From Candidatus Poseidoniaceae archaeon (GTDB lineage: Archaea; Thermoplasmatota; Poseidoniia; Poseidoniales; Poseidoniaceae), in the NCBI GenBank assembly GCA_943789275.1, contig CALSTM010000003.1:160489-224488 (forward strand): DNA of 64,000 bases. Reading direction: 5' to 3'. Position numbers and translations under genes: made by a program. Positions 1 to 9,685 of the stretch are shown piece by piece. Numbering within the stretch: position 1 is the stretch's first letter; every line of letters begins with the position of its first letter. Under the pieces are notes generated by a model. It was not told the origin of the DNA and made no database searches. It saw nothing but the letters and a program-made list of their open reading frames with translations.

Positions 1-905
1 GTTAAAGCAGCCAACCGTTCATCTTCAGATGAGAATCGCGTTTCACCCGGGTCGGTCTCAAGCCCGCCTACAGCAACTGCAGACAAATGGCACCCTTCAA
101 GTCCTAAACGCGGTTGAATGGCCCTGTAATCCAATATTGCGAACCGGTTATCAACATCCACTACCGCTTGGCGACCTGCCAGTGATTTTGAATCAAGACC
201 CACTTCGATGAAACTGGCCGTTGTTCTTTGCAACGGTGAGAAGACTTTCTTCGCCCTCTCTTCATCGACACTCCGAATCAATTTGCGGGCTGCAGCAGGC
301 CCACAAGCAAGAACAACGACATCGGTTTCGATTTCTCTGCCGTCAGCAAGGTGAACTTTACCTGTTTCAATTTTCTTCACGTGAAGTCCACATTCGATGA
401 ATACGCCCACTTCATCAAGCGCAGCAGCCATTCTTCCAACCATGCCCGACCACCCTTCGTTGGAGACAAGGAGTTTGCTTTTCTGCAGGGCAGCATATCG
501 TTCTGATGCATGATTTGGATTCCAGGAACTAAGAAATTGACATCCGCGAACGACCCGTTCGTCAGGTGCTGCGTCTTTGAGTATTTTTTTGGCGATAATG
601 GAGGCCTTCACATCATCAATCGGCCTGACGATGCCGTGCCCGAGAACTTCAACCCGATGAAGTTGAATGGGCGATGAAGCCAGTCTCACTCTGCTTAGTT
701 TGCGAACAAGGTCATGAAACGGTCCCTTTTTCAAAAACAGATGAGGGCCAAACCCGAGGGGGAATTCATCAAAGTTTTGCGTTGTGCCTCGGCCACCAAT
801 TCTTTCAGAACGCTCCATGATGACAACATGGTGACCTGCAGTCGTTGCTTCCAAGGCGCATGCCAAGCCGGCAAGACCTGCGCCTACAACCACAACTCGC
901 GCCAT
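1..905 (-). CDS. FAD/NAD(P)-binding oxidoreductase (amine oxidase / phytoene desaturase-like), 3' end beyond window
   Basis: Minus-strand translation from ATG at 905 gives MARVVVVGAGLAGLACALEATTAGHHVVIMERSERIGGRG, a classic GxGxxG dinucleotide-binding fold. The frame is open to window position 1. It is absent from the ORF track because no stop lies inside the window. Confidence 0.55.
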   Translation of the reverse strand, partial: MARVVVVGAGLAGLACALEATTAGHHVVIMERSERIGGRGTTQNFDEFPLGFGPHLFLKKGPFHDLVRKLSRVRLASSPIQLHRVEVLGHGIVRPIDDVKASIIAKKILKDAAPDERVVRGCQFLSSWNPNHASERYAALQKSKLLVSNEGWSGMVGRMAAALDEVGVFIECGLHVKKIETGKVHLADGREIETDVVVLACGPAAARKLIRSVDEERAKKVFSPLQRTTASFIEVGLDSKSLAGRQAVVDVDNRFAILDYRAIQPRLGLEGCHLSAVAVGGLETDPGETRFSSEDERLAAL

Positions 906-1007
906 ATGCAACGCTAAATGTTCTGCAACATCAAATCATTCTCTGAATCATTTGGGGCGGCATGTTCATGGTTGTTCGACCATACACGCAGAACTACAGG
1001 TGAGCAC

Positions 1008-1595
1008 ATGGATGGTAAACCACTCGTAATCGATGTCGTTGACAATGGCGGGCAATGGACCCACAGAGAGTGGAGAATGCTTCGCTATCTCAAAGTAGAT
1101 ACGCAGATTATCGATAACACAACTCCGGTCGAAGACCTTCGCGAACTTGATGGAATCATTCTTTCAGGGGGCGCAGCACGTGTTGGCCTCACAGGGGAGT
1201 TAGGGAATTGTGGGGCTTATCTTGAGTTGGACATTCCAATTCTCGGTATTTGCGCAGGCCACCAATTCATGGCGCGGCATTACGGAGGGGATGCCCGTGA
1301 ATCGCCAATTCCAGAATTTGGTGCAATGCAAATAGAACTCCAAAACGAGGGCGGAGAGATATTTGCCAATACCGCTGCAACACAAACCGTTTGGGAATCT
1401 CACAACGATGAAGTGCATGTCGTCCCTGAAGGCTTCTTTGTCACAGCAAAAAGCCCGTCATGCCAAGTTCAAGGCATGGAGAACGAGAAAGGAGACCGTT
1501 TTGGCCTTCAATTTCATCCAGAAGTTAACGATTCTGAATTCGGTAAAGAAATGTTCGAAAATTTCGTAGAAGTGTGCCGTAAGAATCGAAAATAA
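1008..1595 (+). CDS. guaAa: GMP synthase (glutamine-hydrolysing) subunit A, class I glutamine amidotransferase
   Basis: MDGKPLVIDVVDNGGQWTHREWRMLRY start, GICAGHQ catalytic Cys motif and QFHPE His/Glu. A GGTGA Shine-Dalgarno sits about 8 nt upstream of ATG 1008. The ORF-track start at 918 is probably an upstream in-frame ATG. A split GuaA is typical of archaea. Confidence 0.75.
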   Translation: MDGKPLVIDVVDNGGQWTHREWRMLRYLKVDTQIIDNTTPVEDLRELDGIILSGGAARVGLTGELGNCGAYLELDIPILGICAGHQFMARHYGGDARESPIPEFGAMQIELQNEGGEIFANTAATQTVWESHNDEVHVVPEGFFVTAKSPSCQVQGMENEKGDRFGLQFHPEVNDSEFGKEMFENFVEVCRKNRK

Positions 1596-1667
1596 GCGCA
1601 AAATCATGGATTTTCCTTCTTTGAAGCAGGCAATACTTTCATATTCTCGTACAATTCGGGAAGAGGC

Positions 1668-4600
1668 ATGAACATTGCCCGCACACTGCCAAGCCTCCTC
1701 ATGACAACACTTCTCTTAGCAGCACTTTTGCCGCTTGGAAGCGTTAGTGCAACTCCAACAGAGGAATCCGAGTTTTACTACGGTGTTGAATACGATTGGA
1801 GCAGTGTTGACACTGACCTTGAGAACTTCACAGGTGTTGATGTCCCAGAAATTCTAAGCGAAATTATGGGCGCTGCGGACGATGCAGGATTCAACCTCGT
1901 CATCGGTCAATTGCAAACCGGTGCTTCCAACGTTTATGTCCACCATACCGAAGACATCACCCCTCAAACTATTCAAGACAACAACGGGAACGATGTTTCG
2001 GTTTGGAGCAGAACCGATGACGTAACACTCCGCCACGGCATTCTTGCCGATACAATACTTCAAACCGATTGGACTGAAACGACCTTTGGTTCCGATACGA
2101 CCAGTTTTGACATTGATGTTGTTCAAACCTTGGAACAGTTTTTGACCGTCGATATGACCTATACAGAATACCTTGACGATTCGTACAACCTCATTGGAGC
2201 AGACATGGAATTCAGCATGGATGTCTCAGCCCTCGTCGGCCTCAACATTGATGTGTTGTTGGAAGGCGGCGGAGAGGAATTCCCTGTTGACTTTAACACA
2301 GAATTAGATTTGGGATACTCAATTACAGATTCCACCTCTGAATGGCGCCTCGGCTCACCGAATGCGATTTATGTCGATTTGTCTGCGGCTGATGACAATT
2401 ATTACTGGGAATGCGGCGAATCCGAGTGTGGCGACTTAACTGGCGATTATACCGGTGCAGTTGACTACTCTTTCTCAATAGATGGTATTCCAACTGAAGA
2501 CTTCGGCCTCGATGCGGGGGAGTTCGACCTTGAAATATCTGATTCTCTAACGGAATCGGGTAATTTTGACATGGAGATGTACGGGGAATTCGATTTTTCT
2601 AAGGGAGAAACACTCACCGTTGACCTAGGTGATGGTGAAGGCCTAACCACTCAAGTCCAGAGTTGCGACACCTGCCCACCAGGAAACCCATTGATGTTCC
2701 TCATGATGGGCAACGTCCTTGCAGGGTCTGGAGAGGCGTTTGCTGAACAAGTTGCTGAAGACATCGGTGAAGACATTACTGACAGCCTCGAATCGATTTT
2801 CGGCTCAGCAGAGCCTGAAGGCGACCTCATGCTCTATTCGTTCAGCGCCGAAGAAGCTGTAAACTATGAAGGTGATGAAGACAAATTAGCCTATGTTACA
2901 ATGAACCAAGGCAACGACATCAATTGGGCCACAGTGATGGTCCAAGTATCTGTTGATGGTAACGCACCCGTTACGTGCTCAAACCCTGGAATGCCTGCGG
3001 ATGGCGATTGCAGCCTTGTGGAATTCGGCAGCGTTGGCGACCAATACTGGTCTGTTGGCGATGGCGTCACTATCATGGATGATGCCGATATGTGCCCAGA
3101 AAATAATTACTGTTCAGTCGACATCACCGTCACTGATACTATGGAAGGTCAGATATTGTCATCGACCTGGACATCTGTAGAGGGTTTTACTCCCGCAAAC
3201 GCTCCAGCAAAACTCACCGGAGATCTTCATTTCTGGGGAGATAACATTACAGTTCAGACCGCTCTTTCAGGTAACACTTCAGTTTTACAAAGCGACGATT
3301 CTGCAATGTTTACTTGCGACGATGGCTCTGAAATCGGTTTCACGTCAGTGAACGATGGGGAATCCTCTTGCAGTGACGGATCAGACGAAGCACCTACTGA
3401 TGGTTCGACAAAGATGTTTACTTGCAACGATGGAAGCGAAGTAGAATGGACAACTCTCAACGACGGCTATGGCGATTGTCCAACATTGGAAGACGAAGGC
3501 GTTCTCAACCACTATACTCTCCAGATGAATGTATTTGATGATGCAGGAACACCACTCTCATCGATTGAATCCACAATCTGTGACTCTTGGATGTGCGATT
3601 CAAACCTAGAGTGGGCCACTTCTTGGTCCGAAGACAGTGGCGTAGCCGTCCCCTCAACGTACGGAGAATCAACCATGTGCATGACCGCTTCAATCAGCGA
3701 AACAGGAGCCTCATCTCCACTTGTAGAATTTTCTGAAATGTGCCATTCACAATGGATTGGTCCTGAATTAGGATATGCCGATGTGTGGGAAGACGAAGCA
3801 ATGAGCCTTCGCTACGATATGTCCGTATACGACTGGTCGAGTGACGGAGGGGCGACATTAACCTACTCACTTATGGATCCGAATCAAAACCAACTTGATT
3901 CAGGAACGATGGTTATTGACGGGTCAGACAACTCATACTCGATGGAAGGCAACATTGACGTCCTTGAAGTGGGCGAATATTGCCTCATGACTGAACTTAC
4001 CCAAGACGGGGCTTCAACCCCGTACCTTTCGGAAATGCATTGCACGATGGTTGAAGAATCAGACGATGAAGTCAGCGACCGTGTTGCGGCTGTTATCGAA
4101 GCCCTTGCAGATTCTGGACTTGAGGATGTACTCGAGCAATTCGGTATGAACCTTGAAGATCGTCTTGAAGACGTTGAACCGTTCGAAGAATTCCCTTACG
4201 ACGATGGCATGTGGGCTCCAATGTGGAGCAATGAACATGCTGCTATGGTCGGCGTTGGCGTTTACGTCATGAACGATGATGGCGCATACACCCTTGCTGG
4301 ACCAGAAACTCAAGGCTACATGGACGATGCTCCAGCACAACTCAGCATCCACTACCTAACCGGAGCTGATGCGAACGCCGCAACCAACGGTATGGAAGAA
4401 GCGACTTCCATTGACGACATTGTCAATGTCGATGACCACGACCTCGGAGCAATCGAAGAAGATTTAATTGAAGCTGGAGTTGATGTCAGCAACCTTACTC
4501 TACCTGAAACAGACACTCCGGCTGGAACAGATGGCGGCGATAACCCTACGCCACCAACTGCAGAAGAACTCGCAGAAGATTCCGGCTTGGATTTGCCTTT

Positions 4601-4694
4601 CTTATCCCCAATCTCAATGATTGCGGTCATTGTTCTTGCAGGTGTCGTATCCGGTGGCCGCCGAGACAGCAACACCGACGAGAATGAAGAGTGA
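1668..4694 (+). CDS. large acidic secreted cell-surface protein with C-terminal membrane anchor and two LDL-receptor class A-like Cys repeats
   Basis: Signal peptide MNIARTLPSLLMTTLLLAALLPLGSVSA. The composition is extremely rich in D, E, T and S. Tandem FTC[DN]DGSE...NDG...C.DGSDE repeats lie around nt 3306-3500. The C-terminal hydrophobic helix IAVIVLAGVVSGGRR is followed by an acidic tail. A GGAAGAGG Shine-Dalgarno lies upstream. Confidence 0.6.
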   Translation: MNIARTLPSLLMTTLLLAALLPLGSVSATPTEESEFYYGVEYDWSSVDTDLENFTGVDVPEILSEIMGAADDAGFNLVIGQLQTGASNVYVHHTEDITPQTIQDNNGNDVSVWSRTDDVTLRHGILADTILQTDWTETTFGSDTTSFDIDVVQTLEQFLTVDMTYTEYLDDSYNLIGADMEFSMDVSALVGLNIDVLLEGGGEEFPVDFNTELDLGYSITDSTSEWRLGSPNAIYVDLSAADDNYYWECGESECGDLTGDYTGAVDYSFSIDGIPTEDFGLDAGEFDLEISDSLTESGNFDMEMYGEFDFSKGETLTVDLGDGEGLTTQVQSCDTCPPGNPLMFLMMGNVLAGSGEAFAEQVAEDIGEDITDSLESIFGSAEPEGDLMLYSFSAEEAVNYEGDEDKLAYVTMNQGNDINWATVMVQVSVDGNAPVTCSNPGMPADGDCSLVEFGSVGDQYWSVGDGVTIMDDADMCPENNYCSVDITVTDTMEGQILSSTWTSVEGFTPANAPAKLTGDLHFWGDNITVQTALSGNTSVLQSDDSAMFTCDDGSEIGFTSVNDGESSCSDGSDEAPTDGSTKMFTCNDGSEVEWTTLNDGYGDCPTLEDEGVLNHYTLQMNVFDDAGTPLSSIESTICDSWMCDSNLEWATSWSEDSGVAVPSTYGESTMCMTASISETGASSPLVEFSEMCHSQWIGPELGYADVWEDEAMSLRYDMSVYDWSSDGGATLTYSLMDPNQNQLDSGTMVIDGSDNSYSMEGNIDVLEVGEYCLMTELTQDGASTPYLSEMHCTMVEESDDEVSDRVAAVIEALADSGLEDVLEQFGMNLEDRLEDVEPFEEFPYDDGMWAPMWSNEHAAMVGVGVYVMNDDGAYTLAGPETQGYMDDAPAQLSIHYLTGADANAATNGMEEATSIDDIVNVDDHDLGAIEEDLIEAGVDVSNLTLPETDTPAGTDGGDNPTPPTAEELAEDSGLDLPFLSPISMIAVIVLAGVVSGGRRDSNTDENEE

Positions 4695-4730
4695 TTGAAG
4701 CCTCAAGTACGAGTAGCGCGTGGGTAAAAC

Positions 4731-5645
4731 ATGGCCCTACGCCCTCCTCACAGCCGCTTCGGCGATGGCGTGCGGATTTTGGGGACGATCCTCATCGCTC
4801 TCCATTTGTTCTTATCCGCTTGGTTGGTGGTTCAGTTTGAAGGACAATACACCGAGGGACAACCGGCTCCTACCAAAATCAAAGCGTTAGTTGCTATCGA
4901 TAAAGAGCAAACGCTCATCGATGTAGAGATGGAGAATTCGACATCTTTTTTGTTGTATATGCTGTTTAGAGATTACGATGAACCTGTGAACGCTTCTCAA
5001 CAAAATACAACTCAAGACAATTCAAGTGACGATTCGCCGATATCCGAGTCGAATGATGAAGGTGAAACCATTGAATGGCTCAAATACGGACGTAATGCGA
5101 CTCTGTTTTCATTGGTGTTCCTCTGCGTAATCGAATGCCTGATTGTAGCTGGAATTCGATTTAAAGCAGCGTTACGTACGATTGCACTTGCTTTTGCCGT
5201 TTCCTGTTTTCTCGTAATCATGCCGGCATCGTACGTTCTTGATTTAACGGGGTTCGATGGCGATGACCAAGAAGTTGATGAGGCGGAGGAAAACGGTGAA
5301 GACACTCTTGCAGATGAGACATTTGTTGTTCAAACCGAACAAGGCGCTTTGGCTCACCGTCAAAGCAATGTAGAACCGTCTCTCTTACCTACCGGAATTC
5401 GATTTGATTTGATGTTCAGTGGCTATGACTTGGGATTGGTAGAGCCTGAAAATTATTCCTCAGTACGCAGTGAGCCGCCACAGGAGAACGAATCGGATGC
5501 CGACTCCTTTGTTGAATTCCAATCAACATTAGATCTGACATACGGTAAAAACATCCCTTACCTGTCTTTGATACCCTTGATGTGGATTTTATTACCATCC
5601 AAGCCGAGAGATTCTGCGGTTACCTCTGGAGAAGAGGAAGAGTAA
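4731..5645 (+). CDS. hypothetical membrane protein with acidic loops
   Basis: Long ORF with at least three hydrophobic helices (ILGTILIALHLFLSAWLVV, LFSLVFLCVIECLIVAGI, LAFAVSCFLVIMPASYVL) and acidic stretches. No antisense alternative. Confidence 0.45.
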   Translation: MALRPPHSRFGDGVRILGTILIALHLFLSAWLVVQFEGQYTEGQPAPTKIKALVAIDKEQTLIDVEMENSTSFLLYMLFRDYDEPVNASQQNTTQDNSSDDSPISESNDEGETIEWLKYGRNATLFSLVFLCVIECLIVAGIRFKAALRTIALAFAVSCFLVIMPASYVLDLTGFDGDDQEVDEAEENGEDTLADETFVVQTEQGALAHRQSNVEPSLLPTGIRFDLMFSGYDLGLVEPENYSSVRSEPPQENESDADSFVEFQSTLDLTYGKNIPYLSLIPLMWILLPSKPRDSAVTSGEEEE

Positions 5646-5716
5646 TTTTGAAAAAAACAAAGATTTCGATATTTTCCATTCGATTTACTTAAGAGGGCTT
5701 ATCGATAGGGCCGGAT

Positions 5717-7474
5717 ATGTCTCTTGCACCAACGGATTACGACTTCGGCATCGCCGCCAACTACGCCTTTGCTACAACAATTACCTGCGCCAATGAAGAT
5801 GCACGAAAAATGTTCGTTGAAGCCTATGGCCACATGATAAATTACAACCACGAACAAGCCATTGCATGCTTCAGCAAAGTCACAGAACTCGACCCAACAT
5901 GCGCTATGGCTTGGTGGGGAATCGCTTACTGTGTTTCATCGAATTACAATTGGAGCCCAGGACTTGGCTCGGGCCACGACTCAATCCAAACAGCAGTCTC
6001 CCTCAAAGAAGGGTGCACGGAACTTGAGTGCGACCTCATTGACGCCTTGGCACAACGCCACTCTGCTGAAGCACGTGACGCAGCAGACCCAACCGTTCTC
6101 AACATGGGTAACAGCCCTGAATTGAATGTAGCGTTCGCTGAAGCAATGGAACCACTGTATCGAAAGTACGCTGGAAACTTGGATGTTACTGCCATTTACG
6201 TCGAGGCTCTCATGAATTTGAAGGCTTGGCAACTGTGGGACAAGAACACTGCATCCGGAGAAATCACACCGGCTGATGACAACACCTTACTTTTGGTGAA
6301 GGTTATGGAAGATGCGTTCGATAACATCGAAGATGCAAAGCAACATGTGGCATTGTGCCACTTGTATTGTCACGCTCTCGAATTGTCACCTTTCCCAGAG
6401 CGTGCGCTACCGGCCGCAGATGTTCTTCGCACCGTCATGCCAGGTATGGGGCACCTTGTCCACATGCCATCGCACATTGACGCGTGGGTCGGACAGTGGA
6501 AAGAAGCGATTGAATGCAACATCGCTGCGGTTGAAGCCGACGACAAGTACGTTGAACTGACCGGCAACGAATCACAATTCTACAAGTTTTACCGTATGCA
6601 CAACCACCACTTCGTCGTCTGGTGTGCAATGTTTGAAGGACAATATGAAACTGCTCTCAAGTACGCTCGAAAAGCAGTCGATACCCTCCCTGCCGGTGAT
6701 GAGAACTCTGGCGTTCAATTCATGCTTGCTGGAATCATTCCAATGGGCGCTATTTTCCTTGAATCCTACGTTACCATGCCATGGCACGTCATGATTCGAT
6801 TCGGAAAGTGGGATGAAATCATCGCTGAACCAATGTATTCTGACAAGGATGTCTTCCCTGCAACCATCGCAACACAACACTACGCTCGTGGTGTCGCTTT
6901 TGCATCAAAGGGAATGGTCGCTGAGGCTGAGGCAGAACAAGTTCTGTTCGAAGAAGCACTCACAAACCCAGCACTTGCAGGCCGTGTTTTGCACAACAAT
7001 TTGATGTATCAAGACCCAAGTGAAGGACCTTGTATCTTGTTGGTTAATGCTGCTGTTCTTGCAGGAGAAATCGAATACCGAAAGCAATTCCAAGCAAAGG
7101 CTCGTGGAGAAGCATCTGACTTCACCGCTGCTTTCGATCACCTACGACGTGGTGTTGACCTCTCTCTCAACCTTGCTTACAACGAACCATGGGGCCAAAT
7201 GCAACCGGTTCGCCACATCCTTGGAGCATTGCTCCATGAGCAAGGAGAATTCGAAGAGGCAGAAGCGGTTTACCGTGCTGACATCAAACTCTGGAAAGAC
7301 AACATGTGGGGTCTCTTAGGTCTCAAACTCTGTCTTGAAGCTCGAGGAGATGCTCCTGAAGAACTCGCAGAAGTGACTGCTTTGTTCAACGAACGCAGTT
7401 CCCGGGCAGACATCATTCCAGCCAAGACATGCTTCTGTGCTCAAGACAGCGTCGAGAAGAGCTGCTGCGATTGA
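5717..7474 (+). CDS. hypothetical TPR-like helical repeat protein
   Basis: 585-aa ORF rich in A, L, W and Y with helical-repeat character (AMAWWGIAYC, ALKYARKAVDTL). The Cys-rich C-terminus reads CFCAQDSVEKSCCD. Family not recognised with confidence. Confidence 0.45.
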   Translation: MSLAPTDYDFGIAANYAFATTITCANEDARKMFVEAYGHMINYNHEQAIACFSKVTELDPTCAMAWWGIAYCVSSNYNWSPGLGSGHDSIQTAVSLKEGCTELECDLIDALAQRHSAEARDAADPTVLNMGNSPELNVAFAEAMEPLYRKYAGNLDVTAIYVEALMNLKAWQLWDKNTASGEITPADDNTLLLVKVMEDAFDNIEDAKQHVALCHLYCHALELSPFPERALPAADVLRTVMPGMGHLVHMPSHIDAWVGQWKEAIECNIAAVEADDKYVELTGNESQFYKFYRMHNHHFVVWCAMFEGQYETALKYARKAVDTLPAGDENSGVQFMLAGIIPMGAIFLESYVTMPWHVMIRFGKWDEIIAEPMYSDKDVFPATIATQHYARGVAFASKGMVAEAEAEQVLFEEALTNPALAGRVLHNNLMYQDPSEGPCILLVNAAVLAGEIEYRKQFQAKARGEASDFTAAFDHLRRGVDLSLNLAYNEPWGQMQPVRHILGALLHEQGEFEEAEAVYRADIKLWKDNMWGLLGLKLCLEARGDAPEELAEVTALFNERSSRADIIPAKTCFCAQDSVEKSCCD

Positions 7475-7484
7475 ATGCGTTGGC

Positions 7485-8276
7485 TCATTCCATCGGAGCG
7501 GTCATGCTCCATGAGGTGCTTGGCTTGTGCCAGTCTCTGATTTGGTCGGTTTCAAGCCGTAATTGAAGGCCTTCACCAGCATCAATCTCAACGTCCATCA
7601 TTTCGAAGGTAACGCTGTGCTCATTGGTTCGGAATGTATCGTCGAAGAGGATTTCTTGTTCGATAACTGAACCATCGAGAGTTCGCTCAAGCAATACACG
7701 GACATGACACTCTTGCAGAGGATTGCGCAGTGCACATGACTCGCTGCTCCCATCGTGTTCGACGGTGACAACACCTTCGTACGATGCTGTGCCTTCAGAG
7801 GGCACCAAGTCAATGATTGTGGATTTTGCTGTTGGAGCGCAGACACACTCCATGTTGTCGGATTCAACCATCGATGTTTTTTCAACGGTCACTTGGACGG
7901 TACTGATCTGGATTGAATCGACGGAGGTGGAGGTCGCAGTAACGGTATAGAGGCCCGGTGAGGCAAAAGAGTGTGTGACGCTTTCACCTGTTGCAGCGTT
8001 CCCGTCGCCGAAGTCCCAAGAGACAACATCTCCAGCGGATACGGCGTTGAACATAAATTCGAAGAGTCGCTCTGTGATGACATCTTCCTCATCGTTATCG
8101 CCCTCGTCAATTTCAACAAGTGTGTATTCATTGATACCATAGACAACAGGTGCATCAATCGAAAAATCCCCGGAACTGGAGGAATTGGAACTTGTAAGGG
8201 CAATCAATGCGGCACCGGATGCGGCACTGAGCAACAATAACAAGACAATTGTAGCAATGGATAGAGTATACTTCAT
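7485..8276 (-). CDS. secreted PKD-domain protein
   Basis: ATG at 8276 gives MKYTLSIATIVLLLLLSAASGAALIALTSS, a signal or anchor. The canonical PKD motif WDFGDGNAATGESVTHSFASPGLYTVTATST is present. The 8318 start in the ORF track is TTG. Confidence 0.6.
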   Translation of the reverse strand: MKYTLSIATIVLLLLLSAASGAALIALTSSNSSSSGDFSIDAPVVYGINEYTLVEIDEGDNDEEDVITERLFEFMFNAVSAGDVVSWDFGDGNAATGESVTHSFASPGLYTVTATSTSVDSIQISTVQVTVEKTSMVESDNMECVCAPTAKSTIIDLVPSEGTASYEGVVTVEHDGSSESCALRNPLQECHVRVLLERTLDGSVIEQEILFDDTFRTNEHSVTFEMMDVEIDAGEGLQLRLETDQIRDWHKPSTSWSMTAPME

Positions 8277-8500
8277 AGACAGAGAACCGAGGTTCACCTT
8301 TTGAACATCTGTTTCCAAAAAACGCGTGTTACAGTGGTTTCAACATCATTTATTTGCGTCAACCCATGTGAAGAGCATCTTCAACACGCCACCAAGCGAT
8401 TTCCCTTTTTCAGACATTGAATACTCAACCCGTGCAGGAACCTCTGCGCTGAAACTTTTCCGACTTAATAGCAATGCCTCATGCGATGGGTCAAGGAGGA

Positions 8501-8629
8501 ATGAATGACATGAGTAAATGCGGATGTGGACGATCACCAACAGGTATGTGCAAAGGATGGCACGGACTGACAGCTGAAGAATTTGAAGCGAAATTGAAAA
8601 AGTTCAAGGAAGAAAACCCTGAGGAATAA
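8501..8629 (+). CDS. small Cys-rich protein (42 aa), below the ORF-track length cutoff
   Basis: AAGGAGGA Shine-Dalgarno directly upstream of ATG 8501. Translation MNDMSKCGCGRSPTGMCKGWHGLTAEEFEAKLKKFKEENPEE. The stop lies 2 nt before the next ORF's ATG at 8632. Confidence 0.35.
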   Translation: MNDMSKCGCGRSPTGMCKGWHGLTAEEFEAKLKKFKEENPEE

Positions 8630-8631
8630 GT

Positions 8632-8886
8632 ATGGCCAGAAACTGGAATACAATTCTTCGCTGGGTTCACCTTCTTTTTGGATTATGTTTCTCCGTCTAT
8701 TTCGGAGCAATCACCTTCACTGACAACATCAACTTCTGGGACAGTCGTCCATGGGTCACTATGGCCATGGGGACTGCTGTCATGGGAATTGTGTTTTGGA
8801 CTGGTATCATCAAGTGGCAACTCCCTCGGATCAAAAAATGGAACCGAAAGCGGAAGAAAGCCGCCGAGGCTCGAACGAAAGCTTGA
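8632..8886 (+). CDS. small membrane protein (two TM helices, basic C-tail)
   Basis: WVHLLFGLCFSVYFGAITF and MAMGTAVMGIVFWTGII helices followed by KKWNRKRKKAAEARTKA. Tightly coupled to the upstream small ORF. Confidence 0.4.
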   Translation: MARNWNTILRWVHLLFGLCFSVYFGAITFTDNINFWDSRPWVTMAMGTAVMGIVFWTGIIKWQLPRIKKWNRKRKKAAEARTKA

Positions 8887-8954
8887 ATCAGTCGTCGAAT
8901 GAGTTTCGAAGTCGACGGTTATTGTGCCATGCAACCGGTTCTTCACCTTCTCAA

Positions 8955-9605
8955 TCATTCAGATTCAGAGGTATCGGAATTTTCTGGTCTTCGTAGAACT
9001 AACAGCCCTAAGAGCAAGACAGCTGCACCGCCAGTGCCCATTGCAACGTACAGCAACATATCTTCGGGCGTCATTGCTTCATCGTTCTCAGTGTTATCAG
9101 GCGAAGCATCCTCATTGACTCCGAAACTGCTGCCGATTGAAGGTGCAGTTGAAGCGTTGTGACTGTCCATGTCTTTGAACAATCGAATTGTGGCATTAAC
9201 AACCGTTCCATCAGACCGAAGGTCTTGATACGCGTAATCACCTTCAGTCCAGTTGATATTGAATTCAACGACGTAACTGGTGTTGCATGAAGCATCGATT
9301 TTGGTGTTGTTCTCGTCTCTTTCACAATAGGCGTGAAGTTCCCCCGAATCCCAATCCAGGCTACCGTTGTACAGCCCGTCTCCATCGTGGTCGTGGACTA
9401 AACGGTGGGTGAGGTTCGATGCGTTATCGGTGTTGTACCAAATAATTGAATCGTTGTGGAATATTTCTGGTGCAGTTTGTGAGAAACCGTCTTCTTTGAC
9501 AAGTACGGTAAACGCGCTTGCAGTATGCGCATTTGCTTGCAATGGGGTGTATACGACAACCGTCAGAAGCAAAAACACGACCAGAGGGGCAAAGACTCGT
9601 CGCAT
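8955..9605 (-). CDS. secreted protein with signal peptide and C-terminal TM anchor
   Basis: MRRVFAPLVVFLLLTVVVYTPLQANA signal. An HDHDGDGLYNGSLDWD acidic or metal-like stretch. C-terminal AMGTGGAAVLLLGLLVLRRP anchor followed by an acidic tail. Confidence 0.5.
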   Translation of the reverse strand: MRRVFAPLVVFLLLTVVVYTPLQANAHTASAFTVLVKEDGFSQTAPEIFHNDSIIWYNTDNASNLTHRLVHDHDGDGLYNGSLDWDSGELHAYCERDENNTKIDASCNTSYVVEFNINWTEGDYAYQDLRSDGTVVNATIRLFKDMDSHNASTAPSIGSSFGVNEDASPDNTENDEAMTPEDMLLYVAMGTGGAAVLLLGLLVLRRPENSDTSESE

Positions 9606-9685
9606 GATTGAATGCCTCGGCCTCAGATAGATAAATCATTCACACGACGGAGGGCTTCAAATATGACCCCTAAGTGGTCGATGCA

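Noticed and set aside
29-917. Plus-strand ORFs 29-211 and 714-917
   Set aside because: This region is better explained by the minus-strand FAD-oxidoreductase ORF, which carries a clear GxGxxG motif and runs off the window edge.
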